Shown here piece by piece: positions 1 through 14,416 of a stretch of 64,000 bases of DNA. Location: NCBI RefSeq assembly GCF_009914755.1, contig NC_060934.1; one strand, 5' to 3'. Source of the stretch: the human T2T-CHM13v2.0 reference genome, Homo sapiens. The position numbers and the translations under genes are program-made. The notes under the pieces are model-generated. The model searched no databases. It was not told the DNA's origin and worked only from the letters and a program-made list of their open reading frames with translations. Position 1 is the stretch's first letter, and each line of letters opens with the position of its first letter.

Positions 1-1099
1 ATTTCAACAATCCAAACTTCAGATCCACTTTTGTTTTGCTTTCTAAAAAAAATCCTGTAGCTTCACCAAGAACTCAGTCCTCTGGGTGCTCTCAGCTTCT
101 AGCTCTTAGTGACTCTCCTGTATCCTCATTACTCATCCCATGAACTTCACAGAAGGCCTCCCAGCTCTTAAGGGAATCCTAAATCCTGGCTCCTGCCCCT
201 TTGCTGTGCCCAGGACCACTCTCTCCTGTTCTGATTCTTCTGGTTGACATGGATGAAGACAGCAATTCCCCTGCAGCCTTAAAAAAAAATCCATAAAACA
301 CAAGGCAGGGGTTGATAGACGCTTGAAGGCAGGCTTAAACGAAAAAGTGAAGAGTCCTGGAAATGTGGAAGAAGAAATTTGCAAGTCACCTTTCTCTTTG
401 CTTAGTGCTAGGTTAGGAAATGCCCACTCATAAGGAAATACATGCTCAGAATTACAGGGTCTCTAAATAAAGTAAATACATTTCATTCTGGGTGAGTTCT
501 TCTAAGTTAACAAAAAAATAAAAGCCTCAGAAAATTCAACTGAGAACCTAATCACAAAAGCTTTAATACAGTTTGTTAGTGTTCTGTCTATATTATTGAT
601 GTGTTGATGATGTTCATTTTACATTTTAAAATTATTCATTTTTTGAAAATGTCTACAAGTTTGAGCTGACACTAAGTGTTTTAAAACAGTAATTTTCAGA
701 AGAATGGAAAAATTAGGTAATTAATGAGGAAGGAGAACTAAAATTAAGATAATTTGTTTTCACTTCTCATTGTACAAACTAGGTCTTAGAGTATCAAAAT
801 AAAGGGAAAAAATCATGTAATTCTGCTATTTAAGTAGAATAAAATAAAAAACTTGTGTTCTATTATTGACCATACCCCTGTAATTTTTCATTGTTATAAT
901 CTTACCTAAACTGGAATTTTAAATTGTTTTACCTCAACAAGATTAGAGATCAGTGCCAAATGGATTTGAGTTTGGTTTATTTCCTGGGACACTTACAAAT
1001 CTCCAAATATGTGCAGAATTCTATTGTATATATCACCAGCATGAGCAACTGACTTTTCTTGAAGAGGCCAAAGGGACTGTAAAAAATACTGGTTTAAAA

Positions 1100-1720
1100 G
1101 ACATAGGAGTTTATTTTTCCCTCATATAATCATCCCAAGGTCACTGGTTCAGATTGCTGAGGAGACTCTGCTCCAAGTGGTCATTCGGGGATCCAGTTTC
1201 ATATTTTCTGCTGCTTTGCCATCCTCTAACAAAGGCGTTAGGAAACTTTTGTTATCAGGAGCCAGATAGTAATATTTTCTGGTTTTGTAGGTCATATGAT
1301 CCCTCTCACAACAACTACTCAACTTTGCTGTTGTAGCACAAAAGCAGTCAGAGATAATTCACTAATCTTTACAAAAACAATCAGTGAGTTGGATTTGACC
1401 CAAAGGTCATAGGTTTCCAATTTCTGCTCGAGTGTTGCTACGTGCATGGTTCAAGCTGGACCATAAGGTGCTTCCGTATTCAAGCTCACAGGAAGGAAAA
1501 TGAACACACAGCTTAGGTAGGAAGCCCTAAACCTATGACGGCTCATATCATATCACTTCTACTCACATTTTACTGGCAAGAATAGTCATACATCCATAGT
1601 GAGCTATGAGGGAGGCTAGGAAATTCAGTCACTAGCTGGGCAACATGTGCACAGCCTAACATTACTACTATTAATAAAGGGAGGATGGGTTTTTGTTGGC
1701 AATCAATTATTTCTACTACA
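1100..1720 (-). mobile_element. Old MaLR LTR fragment (MLT1J/K-like) interrupted by MER58A-like hAT element (~1233-1428)
   Basis: MLT1-type text (tcacttctactcacattttactggcaagaatagtcataca...gggaggctaggaaattcagtc) and MER58 text (gccagatagtaatattttctggttttgtagg...ctactcaactttgctgttgtagcacaaaagcag). Confidence 0.55.
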
Positions 1721-3244
1721 CCGGTCAAAATTACTGGAAGAGTTATCTATATTCCTTCTTACTCTTCCACAGCCTGGTACCTAGCACAGTGCCTGACGTA
1801 CAGAACAAGTTGAAGTGAATACTTGAATGAACGCATGAATGAAAACCAAAGCTGAACTACATGCTAAATCATTGGCTAAGTTTTCTCACCAGCCAAGTGA
1901 CTTGTTCTAATACAACGGCCTCCCAGTTCCGTTCAGACTATCCAAAATCATACCTCAGGAAAAGGAAAGTGAGTGTTTGCCATGCACCTGCTAATTCTGA
2001 TCGCTTATTAATTCTGAGAACTTCAAAAGTTTTATTTTTTCTACAAATAACAAAATGATACATTTACATAAATGTCATTTGATGTTTGCAATCTTCATGT
2101 GTGCAAGATAGAAAAGTTATCATACTTATCACGTTGTCATATAGGTGGAACAATTGATGCTCTAGCTGATTCAGACAACAAGAATTATGAGTAAATTTAA
2201 AGGTAATGACCTAGATCTTTCTATTTTGCTGCTAAAGAGTCTATTTAACTTATGTGGCATAATTTCAATCATTTAAATTTTGTATAATTTAGAAGTAGCT
2301 ATATCTGATTAATTTATAAGTGATTATTTTTCTTAATGTGGCTTTTAATTTTTTTTTTCTTTTTTTTCAGGTCTCAGAGTATAATGTGACTTTTTAATAA
2401 CATCTCAGCAAACTTGCATTTCTTGCTAACATTTCATCTGCATGTAAAGATTATCTTGCACATAGGGCCTTATGATAATAAACCGAATGCAGAATAACCT
2501 ATTTTGAACAGATGATAAAATTTTTCTAAAAAAAGGGGTTTGTGAATATAATTGTTTGAGAGAGAACCACATACTGTAATTCAAAGTTATAGTGGTGATA
2601 CGTCTGCACTGGAATGAGGTCAAAGTTCACATATTCATAAGATTCCACGTACTGAAAGGCTAGTTTAAAAGCTGCTGAAAAATATGGATTTTAAAATAAT
2701 TTATTTTTATATATTTTGATCTATGAACTGTGATTTCTAACACCATAGGGTAGTGAGAGATTGGATTAGGAGTAGCAGGGGGGAGGGGGCAGAGTTGAGG
2801 AAGGGAAGGGAAGAGGAAAAGAAAGGCAAATGGACTTGCCTGGCGCTCTCACAACTACTAGAGTGGAAACTGCCCTTAAGACCCTTGCAGGGATTCCAAA
2901 AGACAGAAGCTCTGAGAGTGAGCCACGGAACCCACGCCATGCAGAACATGCTTGTCAGACTAGAGGCTCCTTGATAACAAGCCACCAGAGCCCCTCCAGC
3001 TGGCCCCAGCACAAGGTGATGCGTATGTGCCAGGCACGAAGGGCGCAGTGGTCCTGCTGCGTTTGCCTACAGGGGCAGTGGCATTTGCCATCAAGATGGC
3101 CTTTGGTCTGTGTTTTTTAGGCCACTTCTTCCTTTTTATCGTTCTTAGTCTGATTCTTACCTATGGTGAATCAAGGTACTTAAATTTATTGGGAAAATGA
3201 TTTCAGTATAACAAGTAAAAATTTCAGGAAGTTACCAATACAGG

Positions 3245-3590
3245 CCTCCTCCTCTTCCTCATTTGCCTCCTCGTCTTCCTCCTCTTCCTCCCTTTTCCTC
3301 CTCCTCCTCCACCTTTTCCACCTCCTCCTCCTCCACCTCTTCCTCTTCCTCCTCCTCCACCTTTCTCTTCCTCCACCTCTTCCTCTTCCTCTTCTTCTTC
3401 CACCTCCACCTCCTCCTTCTCATCCTGCTCCTCTTCTTCCTCCTTCCTCTCCTTTTTTGTCTCCTTCTTTTCCTCTTTGTTCTCCTCCTCTTTCCCCTCC
3501 TCCTCTTCCTCCTGCTCTTCCCCCTCCTTCTCCCTCTCGTCTTCTTCCTTCTCCACTTCTTTCTTCTTCATCTCCTCCTCTTTCTTTTAA
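3245..3590. repeat. Degenerate (CCT/TCT)n polypyrimidine tract
   Basis: ~345 bp almost purely C/T on +; source of the Glu-rich and Ser/Leu-rich ORFs. Confidence 0.95.
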
Positions 3591-5018
3591 ACTCTTTGCC
3601 CTGAGAACATGTTACTCAGAGGCAGTGGGTTCAGTCTCCCTGGATGGACAGGGCACTTGATCCTTGTTTCTGATCCTCGCTAGGGGAGGGAATGGCTCTG
3701 GTCCTCAGCTGGTGGTTGCTCTCTTCCCCTCCTTCCCCTTCTTCTCTCCGGACATCTTTTCTCCCCCTTTCCTTTTTTTCTTCTTGTCTGTACCAGATGT
3801 CCATGACAAATCACGCCCAGGCTGTGTTTATTTTCACAAATAGGCATCACTCATCTGACCATCCCAAATAGGTTCATTTTTCTTTGCATTATCCTTACAA
3901 TGATAACCAGTTTAAATCCCCAGGAAGAAAGGACGTCTGAGGGGTTATCCTTCCCTTAGTGACGGAGAGCTTACAAGGCATCTGCTTCTCTAGGAGCCTC
4001 ATCATCAAACTTCCTCTGTGATCATCATACAGTTTCATAGAACAGATCCTGCAGGAGGAAGGTTTAGCTCAGCAACATCCCTTTCAACTCACAAAGACGG
4101 GCTACAGAGAAGGAGAGGCTGTGCCTAGCAGGGGAAATTGTGCGTCCTAAGGCCGGGGGTCCACGGCTGAGCCTGGAATCAGGACATGGACCATGAAAGG
4201 TTTGCAGGCCATGGGAAAGGGAGTGGTTCCTGTCCTAAGGGCAACATAAAGCCACTGGAGTATTTTAAGCAAGGAAACAGCATGACTACCTCTGTATTTC
4301 ATAAAGGTCCTGCTGGCCAATGTGATCATGGAGAGATGGGAGGAAAGCTGGGGTGTTGGGGGGAGACCAGGAGTCTTGCTTGCATGGAGCTAAGAGCAGT
4401 GGACCTGGGGACAAGAGAATGGATTAAAACATGGTCCAGAGATAGGACAGGCAGGCTTTTGGTCAATTGGATGAGGGTGCTGAAGTAGACACAGCAACCA
4501 TGAATGACTTCCAGGTCTCTGGCTTAGGCAGATTAACTGGTGGTGCCATTTGCTGAGATATGGAACATGAAAAGAAGGACAGATTTGGGGAAGAGAAGGG
4601 ATGAGTAGATATTGCACTTGTGCAGTTGAGGGGTCTGTGGGACATCCCACCAGAAGTAACTGGTCGGCAGCTGGAGCGAGAGTGTGGGGTTCATGAGAGA
4701 GCTGGGATGGTCCCTAAAGCTCTGGTATTGATGAGTTCTGAGTGTGTGTGGGATGAAAAGAGTTACTTATTAATAGATAGGCCCTGGAGGAGGTCAATAT
4801 TTAACAGATGGACAGAGAGGCAGGAAGGCCTACATGGGTTACCAAACATGAGCATCTGGGGGGCTTAGGGGGCTAAAATCCCACGCAGGGGTATTATCTC
4901 TGAAACCAAGGGAAAATCATGTTTTGACAAGAAAAGTAAGTTGAACAAATTTGACTGAGAGGAAAGGTAAGACAAGGACTGAAAGTGATGAAGTGGTTGT
5001 TTATAACCTGGACAAGAG

Positions 5019-5332
<314 letters not shown>

Positions 5333-5335
5333 TCA

Positions 5336-5836
<501 letters not shown>

Positions 5837-6097
5837 TTAAAAGATAATGGAAAGATGCTGGGAGATGAAAGATGTGAAGTTCAGAAGAGAGGCCCTTCTC
5901 GATGAGGCAGAAGGTGCAGGTGGACGGCTTCCTCAGAGGGGGTGGGACACCTTGTCTGTCGTCACAGAAAGGAAGAAGGAAATAGGAGGGATGCAGCTGC
6001 AAGCCTGGGTGTTGTTCCGTGGCAGGAAGTCGAGGGGGCTCGGGGCCTTTATTTACTCTGGAAAATAGAAATCAAGACAGTCACCCAAGAGCAGGGA

Positions 6098-6525
6098 GGC
6101 TGTGGCCTGGCTGGAGCCCTGTGGCGGGAAGGAGAGGCCCAGGATGTGGCTGGAGGCCTGTGGAGGGAAGGAGAGGCCCAGGATGTGGCTGGAGGCCTGT
6201 GGAGGGAAGGAGAGGCCCAGGATGTGGCTGGAGGCCTGTGGGGGGAAGGAGAGGCCCAGGATGTGGCTGGAGGCCTGTGGTGGGAAGGAGAGGCCCAGGA
6301 TGTAGCTGGAGGCCTGTGGAGGGAGAGAGGGGCCCGGGGCATGGCTGGGGGCCTGTGGAGGGAAAGAAGGGGCCCAGGGTGTGGCTGGAGCCCTGTGGAG
6401 GGGAAGAGGGGGCCGAGGCCTGGCTGGAGGCCTGTGGAGGGAGAGAGAGGCCCGGGGCATGGCTGGAGCCCTGTGGAGGGAGAGAGAGGCTTGGGGCATG
6501 GCTGGAGGCCTGTGGAGGGAGAGCA
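6098..6525. repeat. 39-bp G-rich minisatellite (~11 copies)
   Basis: Unit ggctggaggcctgtggagggaaggagaggcccaggatgt, degenerating rightwards; 13-aa periodicity in the overlapping ORFs. Confidence 0.95.
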
Positions 6526-7772
6526 AGCTGAGCGTGGATGCAGGCACTGAGGAGGAAGCCTCCACCAGACTGCACAGCCAGGCTCTTCTGCAGCGCCCTT
6601 AGCCCTCCAGGCAGGAGCAGGTAGAAAGAAGGCTCCATCACGGGGTCCTGTGTGACAGGGAAACAAAGGGCCAGGGAGAGGTGCAGAGGGTAGTGGAAGT
6701 GGCTGATGATGGAAGCTATGCTGGAAGTGGAAGGAAACCAGGATAGGAAGGAACTCAGAAATAAGAAGAAAGCAAAGGTCTCAGAAGATGGCAGGTCCCA
6801 CTGAAGCTGAAGAACCAACTGTGGAGGCTGGCGAGAGTGCAGCCAATAAGATCTGAGGGAAGAGACAAAGATCAGAAAAATGCATGTGAGAGTGGAGGGA
6901 GGGAGTAAAGGAAAGTGAGTGCCCAGAGGTGCAGACTGTCACGTCATGTGAGTTACTGGCCTTCATTTTGGATTTGCACTTCTCCATGGTCAAGGGGTTT
7001 ATGTGGTTGAAATGTCTAGCCAACCACGACAAAATGCACAAGTTACTGCAGAAGAGAGGCTTATTTTTCTGGTCCTGGAGTTAAAGACTTTCTGCCGTGG
7101 CCTCCCAGTGAGAGACTCCAGGCCCCGTGGTGGACAGGGTCCCATCCACACTGCAACATTGAAGTCATAGCCAGGTGGTTTTTAAACAAATCTTTATTAA
7201 AGCTCCTCTATGTAGTTTAATCCATAGAAAAAATTCCTTTGAATTGATTTTCATTCGCCTTTTACAGATGGGCAAACAGGCTCAGAGAGGTTAAAAACTT
7301 GGCAGGCTGGTGAATGGCAGCTTGAGAATTAAACACAGACCTTGTGCCCACAGGTTTACAGCTCTGTCCGTTGCTGCTCCCTCAAGGCCTTCAATCAATG
7401 ATTCGTTCAGCCTCTATATTTTTATGATTATTACTTAAAAATAGACCTTATTTTTAGAGCAGCTTTATGTTCACAGCAAAATTGAGAAGAGGGTACAGAG
7501 ATTTTCCCTATACCTCCTCCCTCCACATATGCACAGCCTCCTCCAACTATCAACGTCCCTACCAGGGTGGCACATTTTTTACAATTAATGAACCTACATT
7601 GGCACATCACCATCACCCAAAGGCCAGTTTGCACTATGATTCACTCTTGGTGTTGTAAATCCTATGGGTTTGGACAAATGTCTAAGGACATGTATCCCCC
7701 ATTATGGTATCACACACAGTGGTTTCACTGCCCTGAAAATCCTCTCCCTATTCATCCCTCCTCCTCACCAAC

Positions 7773-8129
7773 TGATATGGTTTGGCTGTGTTCCCACCCA
7801 AATCTCACCCTGAGTTGCAATAATCCCCACGCATCAAGGGCAGGCCTGGTAGAGATAACTGAATCATGGGGGCAGTTTCCCCAACAGTCTTCTCATGGTA
7901 GTGAACAAGTCTTATGAGATCTGATTGTTTTATAAATGGGAGTTCCCCTGCACAAGCTCTCTCTTGCCTGCCACCATGTAAGATGTGACTTTGCTCCTCC
8001 TTTGCCTTATGCCATGATGGTGAGGCCTACCCAGCAATGTGGAACCATGAGTCCGTTAAACCTCTGTCCTTTATAAATTACACAGTCTCAGGTATGTCTT
8101 TATTAGCAGCATGAGAACAGACTAACACA
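7773..8129 (+). mobile_element. THE1 (B/C-like) solo LTR
   Basis: TGATATGGTTTGGCTGTG...GAGAACAGACTAACACA; 5-bp TSD ccaac/ccagc. Confidence 0.92.
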
Positions 8130-8476
8130 CCAGCTCCTGGCAACCCCTGATCTTTTTACTGTCTCCATAGTTTTGCCTTTTCCAGAATGTCGTATAGTTG
8201 GATTCATATGGCATATAGCTTTTTCAGATGAGCTTCTTTCACTTAGTAATATGTATTTAAGTTTCCTTCATGTCTTTTCATGGCTTGATAGTTCATTCCT
8301 TTTTTAGCACTGAATCATATTCCACTGTCTGGATGTTCCATAGTTTATTTATCCATGCACTTACAGAAGGACATCTTGATTGCTTCCAAGTTTGGCAATT
8401 ATGAATAAAGCTGCCATAAACATTGGTGTGCATGGTTTTGTATGGACATAGATTTTCAACTCCTTGGGGTAAATAG

Positions 8477-8873
8477 TGTAAGAGTTGAAGAAAGAAGAAA
8501 CACAGAAAGTGGCTCAATAGTCAAAGACAGATTTATTTTGGAGAATAAACCTGAGAAGGGCTTCTGGCCAATTTCAGTTAGGAGTGCTCTCTCTTACAGA
8601 CTAAGGGTATTTAAGGGCTTTAGGGAGGGGGAGCTTATCACAGGCTCAGAATGTTTCTGTATGAAGGAGAGTTTTATTGTAGGTTTGGAATGTCTCTGGT
8701 TGGAGTTGGGGTTATCTCAGGGTTGGCATGTTTCTGGTCGGAGCAGGTTTTCTAAGGGTTGAAATGTTTCTGTTCATGCTGACATTAGCCATCAGGCTGA
8801 TGTTTTGGGGCTGGATTTAGGGGAACTTAAAATGGCAGTGTTTGTCCAAGATGGCGATGCTCCTGATGTGTCA
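8477..8873 (-). mobile_element. ERV1-class solo LTR (LTR19-like)
   Basis: TG...CA termini with perfect 5-bp TSD aatag (8472-8476, 8874-8878); minus strand begins tgacacatcaggagcatcgccatcttggacaaac. Subfamily from memory. Confidence 0.75.
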
Positions 8874-10153
8874 AATAGGAAGGGGCACAATTGCTGGATC
8901 CCATGGTAACTGTATATTTAGCTTGGTGAGAAACTGCCAAACTGTCTCCAAAGTGGCTGCACCATTTTGCATTCCCAGCAGCAGTGAATGAGAGTTCCTG
9001 TTGCTCCACCTCCTCACCAGCAATTTATGTTGTCAGTGCTCTGGATTTTGGCCATTCTAACAGGTATAATATAATAGTGTGTAGTGGGAACTCACTGTTG
9101 TTTAATATGTATTTCCATGATGATATATGAGGAGGAGCATCTTTTCATATGTTTCTTTGCCATCTGTGTGCTTTCTTTGGTGAGGTGTCTGTTCAGATAT
9201 TTTGTCCATTTTTAACCAGGTTTTTTATTCTCTTATAGTTGAATTATAAGAATTCTTTGTATATTTTGGATAATGATTCTTTATTAGATGTGACTTTTGC
9301 TATGTTTTCTCCCAGTCTGTGGCTTGTCTTCTCATTCTTTTGACAGTGTCTTTCTCAAAGTACAAGTTTTAGTTCTAATGAAATTCAGCTTCTCAGTTAC
9401 TTCTTTCATAGATCATGCCTTTGGTGTTATATCTAAAATGTCATCACCAAACCCAAGGTCATCTAGATTTTCTCCTATTTTTTATGGTTTTGCTTTTACA
9501 TTTAGGGTCTATGATCCATTTTGAATTACTTTCACACAGGATGTATGGTCTGTGTCTATATTCTTTTTCTAAAAAACATGTGGATGTCCAGTTTTTCCTG
9601 TAACATTTACTGAAAAGACTAGTGCAGTGTTCTGATTTTTTAAATACCTTTTTCCAGAAGACTTCCTTCACTTTAGTCAAGAAAGGACATAACACCAACA
9701 CACAGTTCCGGAAAAGCTGTTTTCTGCAGATAAGGCTAAACGGCATGATCTAATTATGTCTGATGTTCTGGGTCTGTCCTGGGATAAAATCTAGAGTATT
9801 GGTTCCCCAGACTGTACCACTGATTAAAATCATCTGGCACACGTCACTCCTGGCTCTGCTTCTGTGTTCTGCCTCTTCGCCGTGTTTCCAAGATCTACTC
9901 CTATTCCAAGGTCTTGAACACCATCTACTCACTCCTCAGTGACTTCAGCTGCACATAGACGCCTAGGACAGTGCTTGCCTTTATCACTCACATAGTATAG
10001 AATGTTTCATGATACTTGAAGCACAAACTCCTCTCTCTCCTACTGGAAAAGATAACTATCTCTCCCACTCAACTATGTTTCTTGGTGGCAGGGACAATAT
10101 CATTAATTCTTTGTATTCAATACAATTCTTAGTACAGAACACACACCTTAATA

Positions 10154-10816
10154 CAGCAGTCCCCAACCTTTTTGGCACCAGGGACTGGTTTTGTGGAAGA
10201 CAATTTTTCCACAGACAGTGGAGGGGAGATGGTTTCGGGATGATTCAAGTGCTTTACATTTATTGTGCACTTTATTTCTACTGTTATTACCTTGTAATAT
10301 ATATAATGAAATAATCATACAACTCATCATCATGTAGAATCAGTGGGAGCCCTGAGCTTGTTTTCCTGCAACTAGACAGTCCCATCTGGGGGTGATGGGA
10401 GACAGCAACAGATCAACAGGCATTAGATTCTCATAAGGAGTGCACAACCTAGACCACTCACATGTGCAGTTCACAAATAGGGTTTGCTCTTGTGTGGGAA
10501 TCTAATGCTCCTGCTGATTAGGCAGGAGGTGCAGGTGGACAGCTTCCTCAGAGGGATAAGGGCAACTTGTCCGTTGTCACAGAAAGGAAGAAAGAAATAG
10601 GAGGGACGCAGCTGCAAGCCCGTGTGTTGTTCCATGGCAGGAAGTCGAAGAGGGTCTCAGGGACAGGAGGTGGAGCTCAGGCGGTAACATGAGCCATGGG
10701 GAGTGGCTGTAAATACAGATGAAGCTCACTCCCCACTCACCTCCTGCTGGGTGGCTCAGTTCCTAACAGGCCACCTGTCCGCTAGTGGTTCATGGTTCAG
10801 GAGTTGGGGACCCCTG
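10154..10816 (-). mobile_element. MER1A (hAT-Charlie) full length, carrying a ~140-bp foreign insert
   Basis: TIRs cagcagtccccaac / gttggggacccctg; perfect 8-bp TSD ccttaata (10146-10153, 10817-10824). Confidence 0.92.
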
Positions 10817-11065
10817 CCTTAATACATGCTTGTTAGTTAATTGATTGATTGGGAAAGTTCTCGTGAAAAAGAATGAGTGAGAAGCTGCTGACCTGTGAAA
10901 ACCTTTGTACTAACATGATCTTTTAAATACCACAAAGGAAACTGTGACTTTATCAAAGCAATTAAATCCAAATTCTTTTTCTTGGTAAATGTGTTACTTT
11001 GCAAATGTCAAATGTGCAACCAGGAGGTTGTCAAACAAAAATGTGTTTGCTGCAATGTATATTTA

Positions 11066-11262
11066 GTGTGTATATATACACATGTATGCATATTTATGTG
11101 CTTGTATATGTATATACATGTTTGTATATGTATATACATATATTTATATATGTATATACATGTTTGTATATGTATATACATATATTTGTATATACATGTT
11201 TGTATATGTATATACATATATTTATATATGTATATATATTTATATATGTATGCATGTGTGTA
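11066..11262. repeat. (TA/TG/CA)-rich compound tandem repeat
   Basis: Repeated tgtatatacatgtttgtatatgtatatacatatattt units. Confidence 0.9.
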
Positions 11263-12815
11263 GACTAGAAAAATATTAATCCTTGCAATTTTTCATTTAT
11301 AAATCATTACCCTAGTAATTACCCTAGTAATGATTTATAAATTAGTCCAATTTTCAAAGTTAAATATGTGAACTTAATGGGTACCATTCATTTACTCACA
11401 AATATTGAATGAGGTTAGTACAAGGCTGGCATGGACCCTCTTCTCAAGACCCATTTAAAGGATGTTGCTATCATAGAAATGTATTTGGAAGTCATTAATA
11501 CAAAATCAAAAGAAAGCCTTTGAAGTGTATTTTTTGTCTATTCAGAAAACCTGTCTGACAATTTTTTAAAATGCACACGTCCCATCCTCACGAGGTTATT
11601 TTCCCTTCTGGCCTAGCCCAGCACTGTTTGTTTAGTGTTACGCATATCCCTGGACTATTTAACACAGCTCCTGCTCAGTATAATGTCTTGTTTCCTGTGT
11701 GCAGATAAATGCACCACTTTTTAACAACATGTTGTAGCATTAGAGATTGCCAGCTTCAACAATGTAAGTTTTTTTTTTTCCCCATGTAGCCAGGAACTGG
11801 ATCAATAAAGTAAAAGTATAATGACTTTCCCTGCTTTATTTTAGTAGGTTATGTGATACTATTTGCTTTTTCAGTGTTAGTCAATATTGGTGTCTCCAGG
11901 GAGGAGGAGCTGATATCTCTTCCCTAAATCCATTTCTCCACAATCTTAAATTAAAAGGATAAGACAAAGCCAAGACAAAGGACATGGACTGGTGCTGCGG
12001 ATTTTTTAAGTGGTTCTCAAACAAATGATAGGTCTGCCTAATTTCCAGCATGGTAATGTCCTTTGCGATGACTGGGAGCTGTGGGGAGCTTACCTCCTAT
12101 CTGGTGCTCCTGGCTGTGTGGCTGATCAGGGCTGGGCTTTGAAGAGGAGTAACGCAGGGTCTATCTTGTAGAGGGCAACGTGGCCACAGGGCTCCACTGA
12201 GACCCTGCAACTCCTCCTTGCTGACAGCTCAGGAACAGATTTGAAAGCTCAGGCACAATAAATTCCAGTGCATTCTCAGGCAGGAGAAAAAAAGGAAATT
12301 CTGCTCACATCCTGGTTTTCTCTTTAATAAACCCTGTAACAAGTTTATTACATTGTGGGGACGACAAACGTTTCCTTTCCCCCGTTTAGAAAACTTCTGC
12401 TCTTTCCCTCTTTTCCTCTCTCCTGGTTTCTACAATGCTGATGTCAGAGGGTGAAGACCCTCAAAGGAAAATTTGGAGTTGCCTGGTAATGATTGAGAAA
12501 ATGAGATTCCACGTGAAAGAATTACCCTCTCATCCTGTTTCTTTGGGCTTCTAGGCTTAAGTGTGGGTGGGCTCTTCAGCCTCCAGGTGGGACTGCGTTC
12601 ACCTTCACCACAACAACAGCCTTCAAGAATGCTTGTCAAGTGACTTCTCATCAACAATTACAAATCAAAGGGTTTTCCAGCAGGCATTAGCTGTATTTTT
12701 GTATGAATAAACCTCATGCTGTGACCATGGTCCTTGTCTGCGCTCTCATTTTGTGTATGGGGAGACTGAGGCACAAGCAAATATACTTTTTGATGAACTT
12801 AGTCTCTAGAATTCA

Positions 12816-13264
<449 letters not shown>

Positions 13265-14034
13265 GGGCCACCCTAGATTTCAGTTCCAGCCCTGACATTA
13301 AGTGGATGCATAACCTTGAGCATTCCTTCCACTTCACTTGCCTCTTCTGTACAAAAAGAAGAGGTTGAATTCGATGGGTCGGGCTTCGGAGTGTTAACAT
13401 TGTCTGATTTCTAGTTTCCTTTCCCTCAGGACAAATGGCATAAATTTAAACACACAGTTGGCAATGGATATGGAAATAAGATACATTTTCCAAAATGCTA
13501 TAATTTGTAATGGGAAAATATGAGGGCTGAGTAGATGTATAAGGAAAACTGTAGGAGTCACCAATAAAATCCAGCTCTTGAAAGCGTTCCCCACCAGCTC
13601 ATCGTCTTTCACGGCATTCCCATTTGGGAAATATCACTCTCTCTTTCTTGCTCCCTAGAAGTGAAATGAGGGCGGAAGAGGACTGTTTGCTGAAAGCTCA
13701 TTTTTAGCTCCAGGGTTTCCAGTCTTTCAAGCTGCTGTTTCCAAAACATTAAACACAAAGCAGTAAATGTGGAGCAGCTTTCTTTACCATGTTGATGAGA
13801 CAGAAACGCTACTCATTTGTTCTGCTTCAGAAATCAAAGTATTGTATCCACCCAGAGATGGAAATTCTGCACCGAGGTCCTAAAATAAATTAACTAAATA
13901 CAATTAATTTTACTTTAAATAAAATCTTATCTCTCCTTATTTGTGCTCAACTCCTGATGAATTTTAAATGACAGAATGAAATGTGGATTTATTTACTACC
14001 TTCTTTCTGGATATTTCTAGGTTAACATTTCTTT

Positions 14035-14416
<382 letters not shown>

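Larger units (their letters stand above)
7440..9620 (-). mobile_element. L1MC-type LINE-1 3' portion with two nested LTRs
   Basis: Antisense L1M 3' end (tttttagagcagctttatgttcacagcaaaattgag...) continuing into ORF2-derived text across both LTR insertions. Confidence 0.85.

Noticed and set aside
2341-2380. Strong-looking + strand splice acceptor (T-tract-CAG|G)
   Set aside because: No partner exon or ORF identifiable; a lncRNA exon cannot be supported from sequence alone.
3224-3660. Glu/Lys-rich 115-aa and Ser/Leu-rich 113-aa ORFs
   Set aside because: Translations of a (CCT/TCT)n simple repeat; no splice context or unique domain.
5942-6818. 170-245 aa ORFs on both strands
   Set aside because: Produced by a nearly stop-free 39-bp VNTR; no protein family resemblance.
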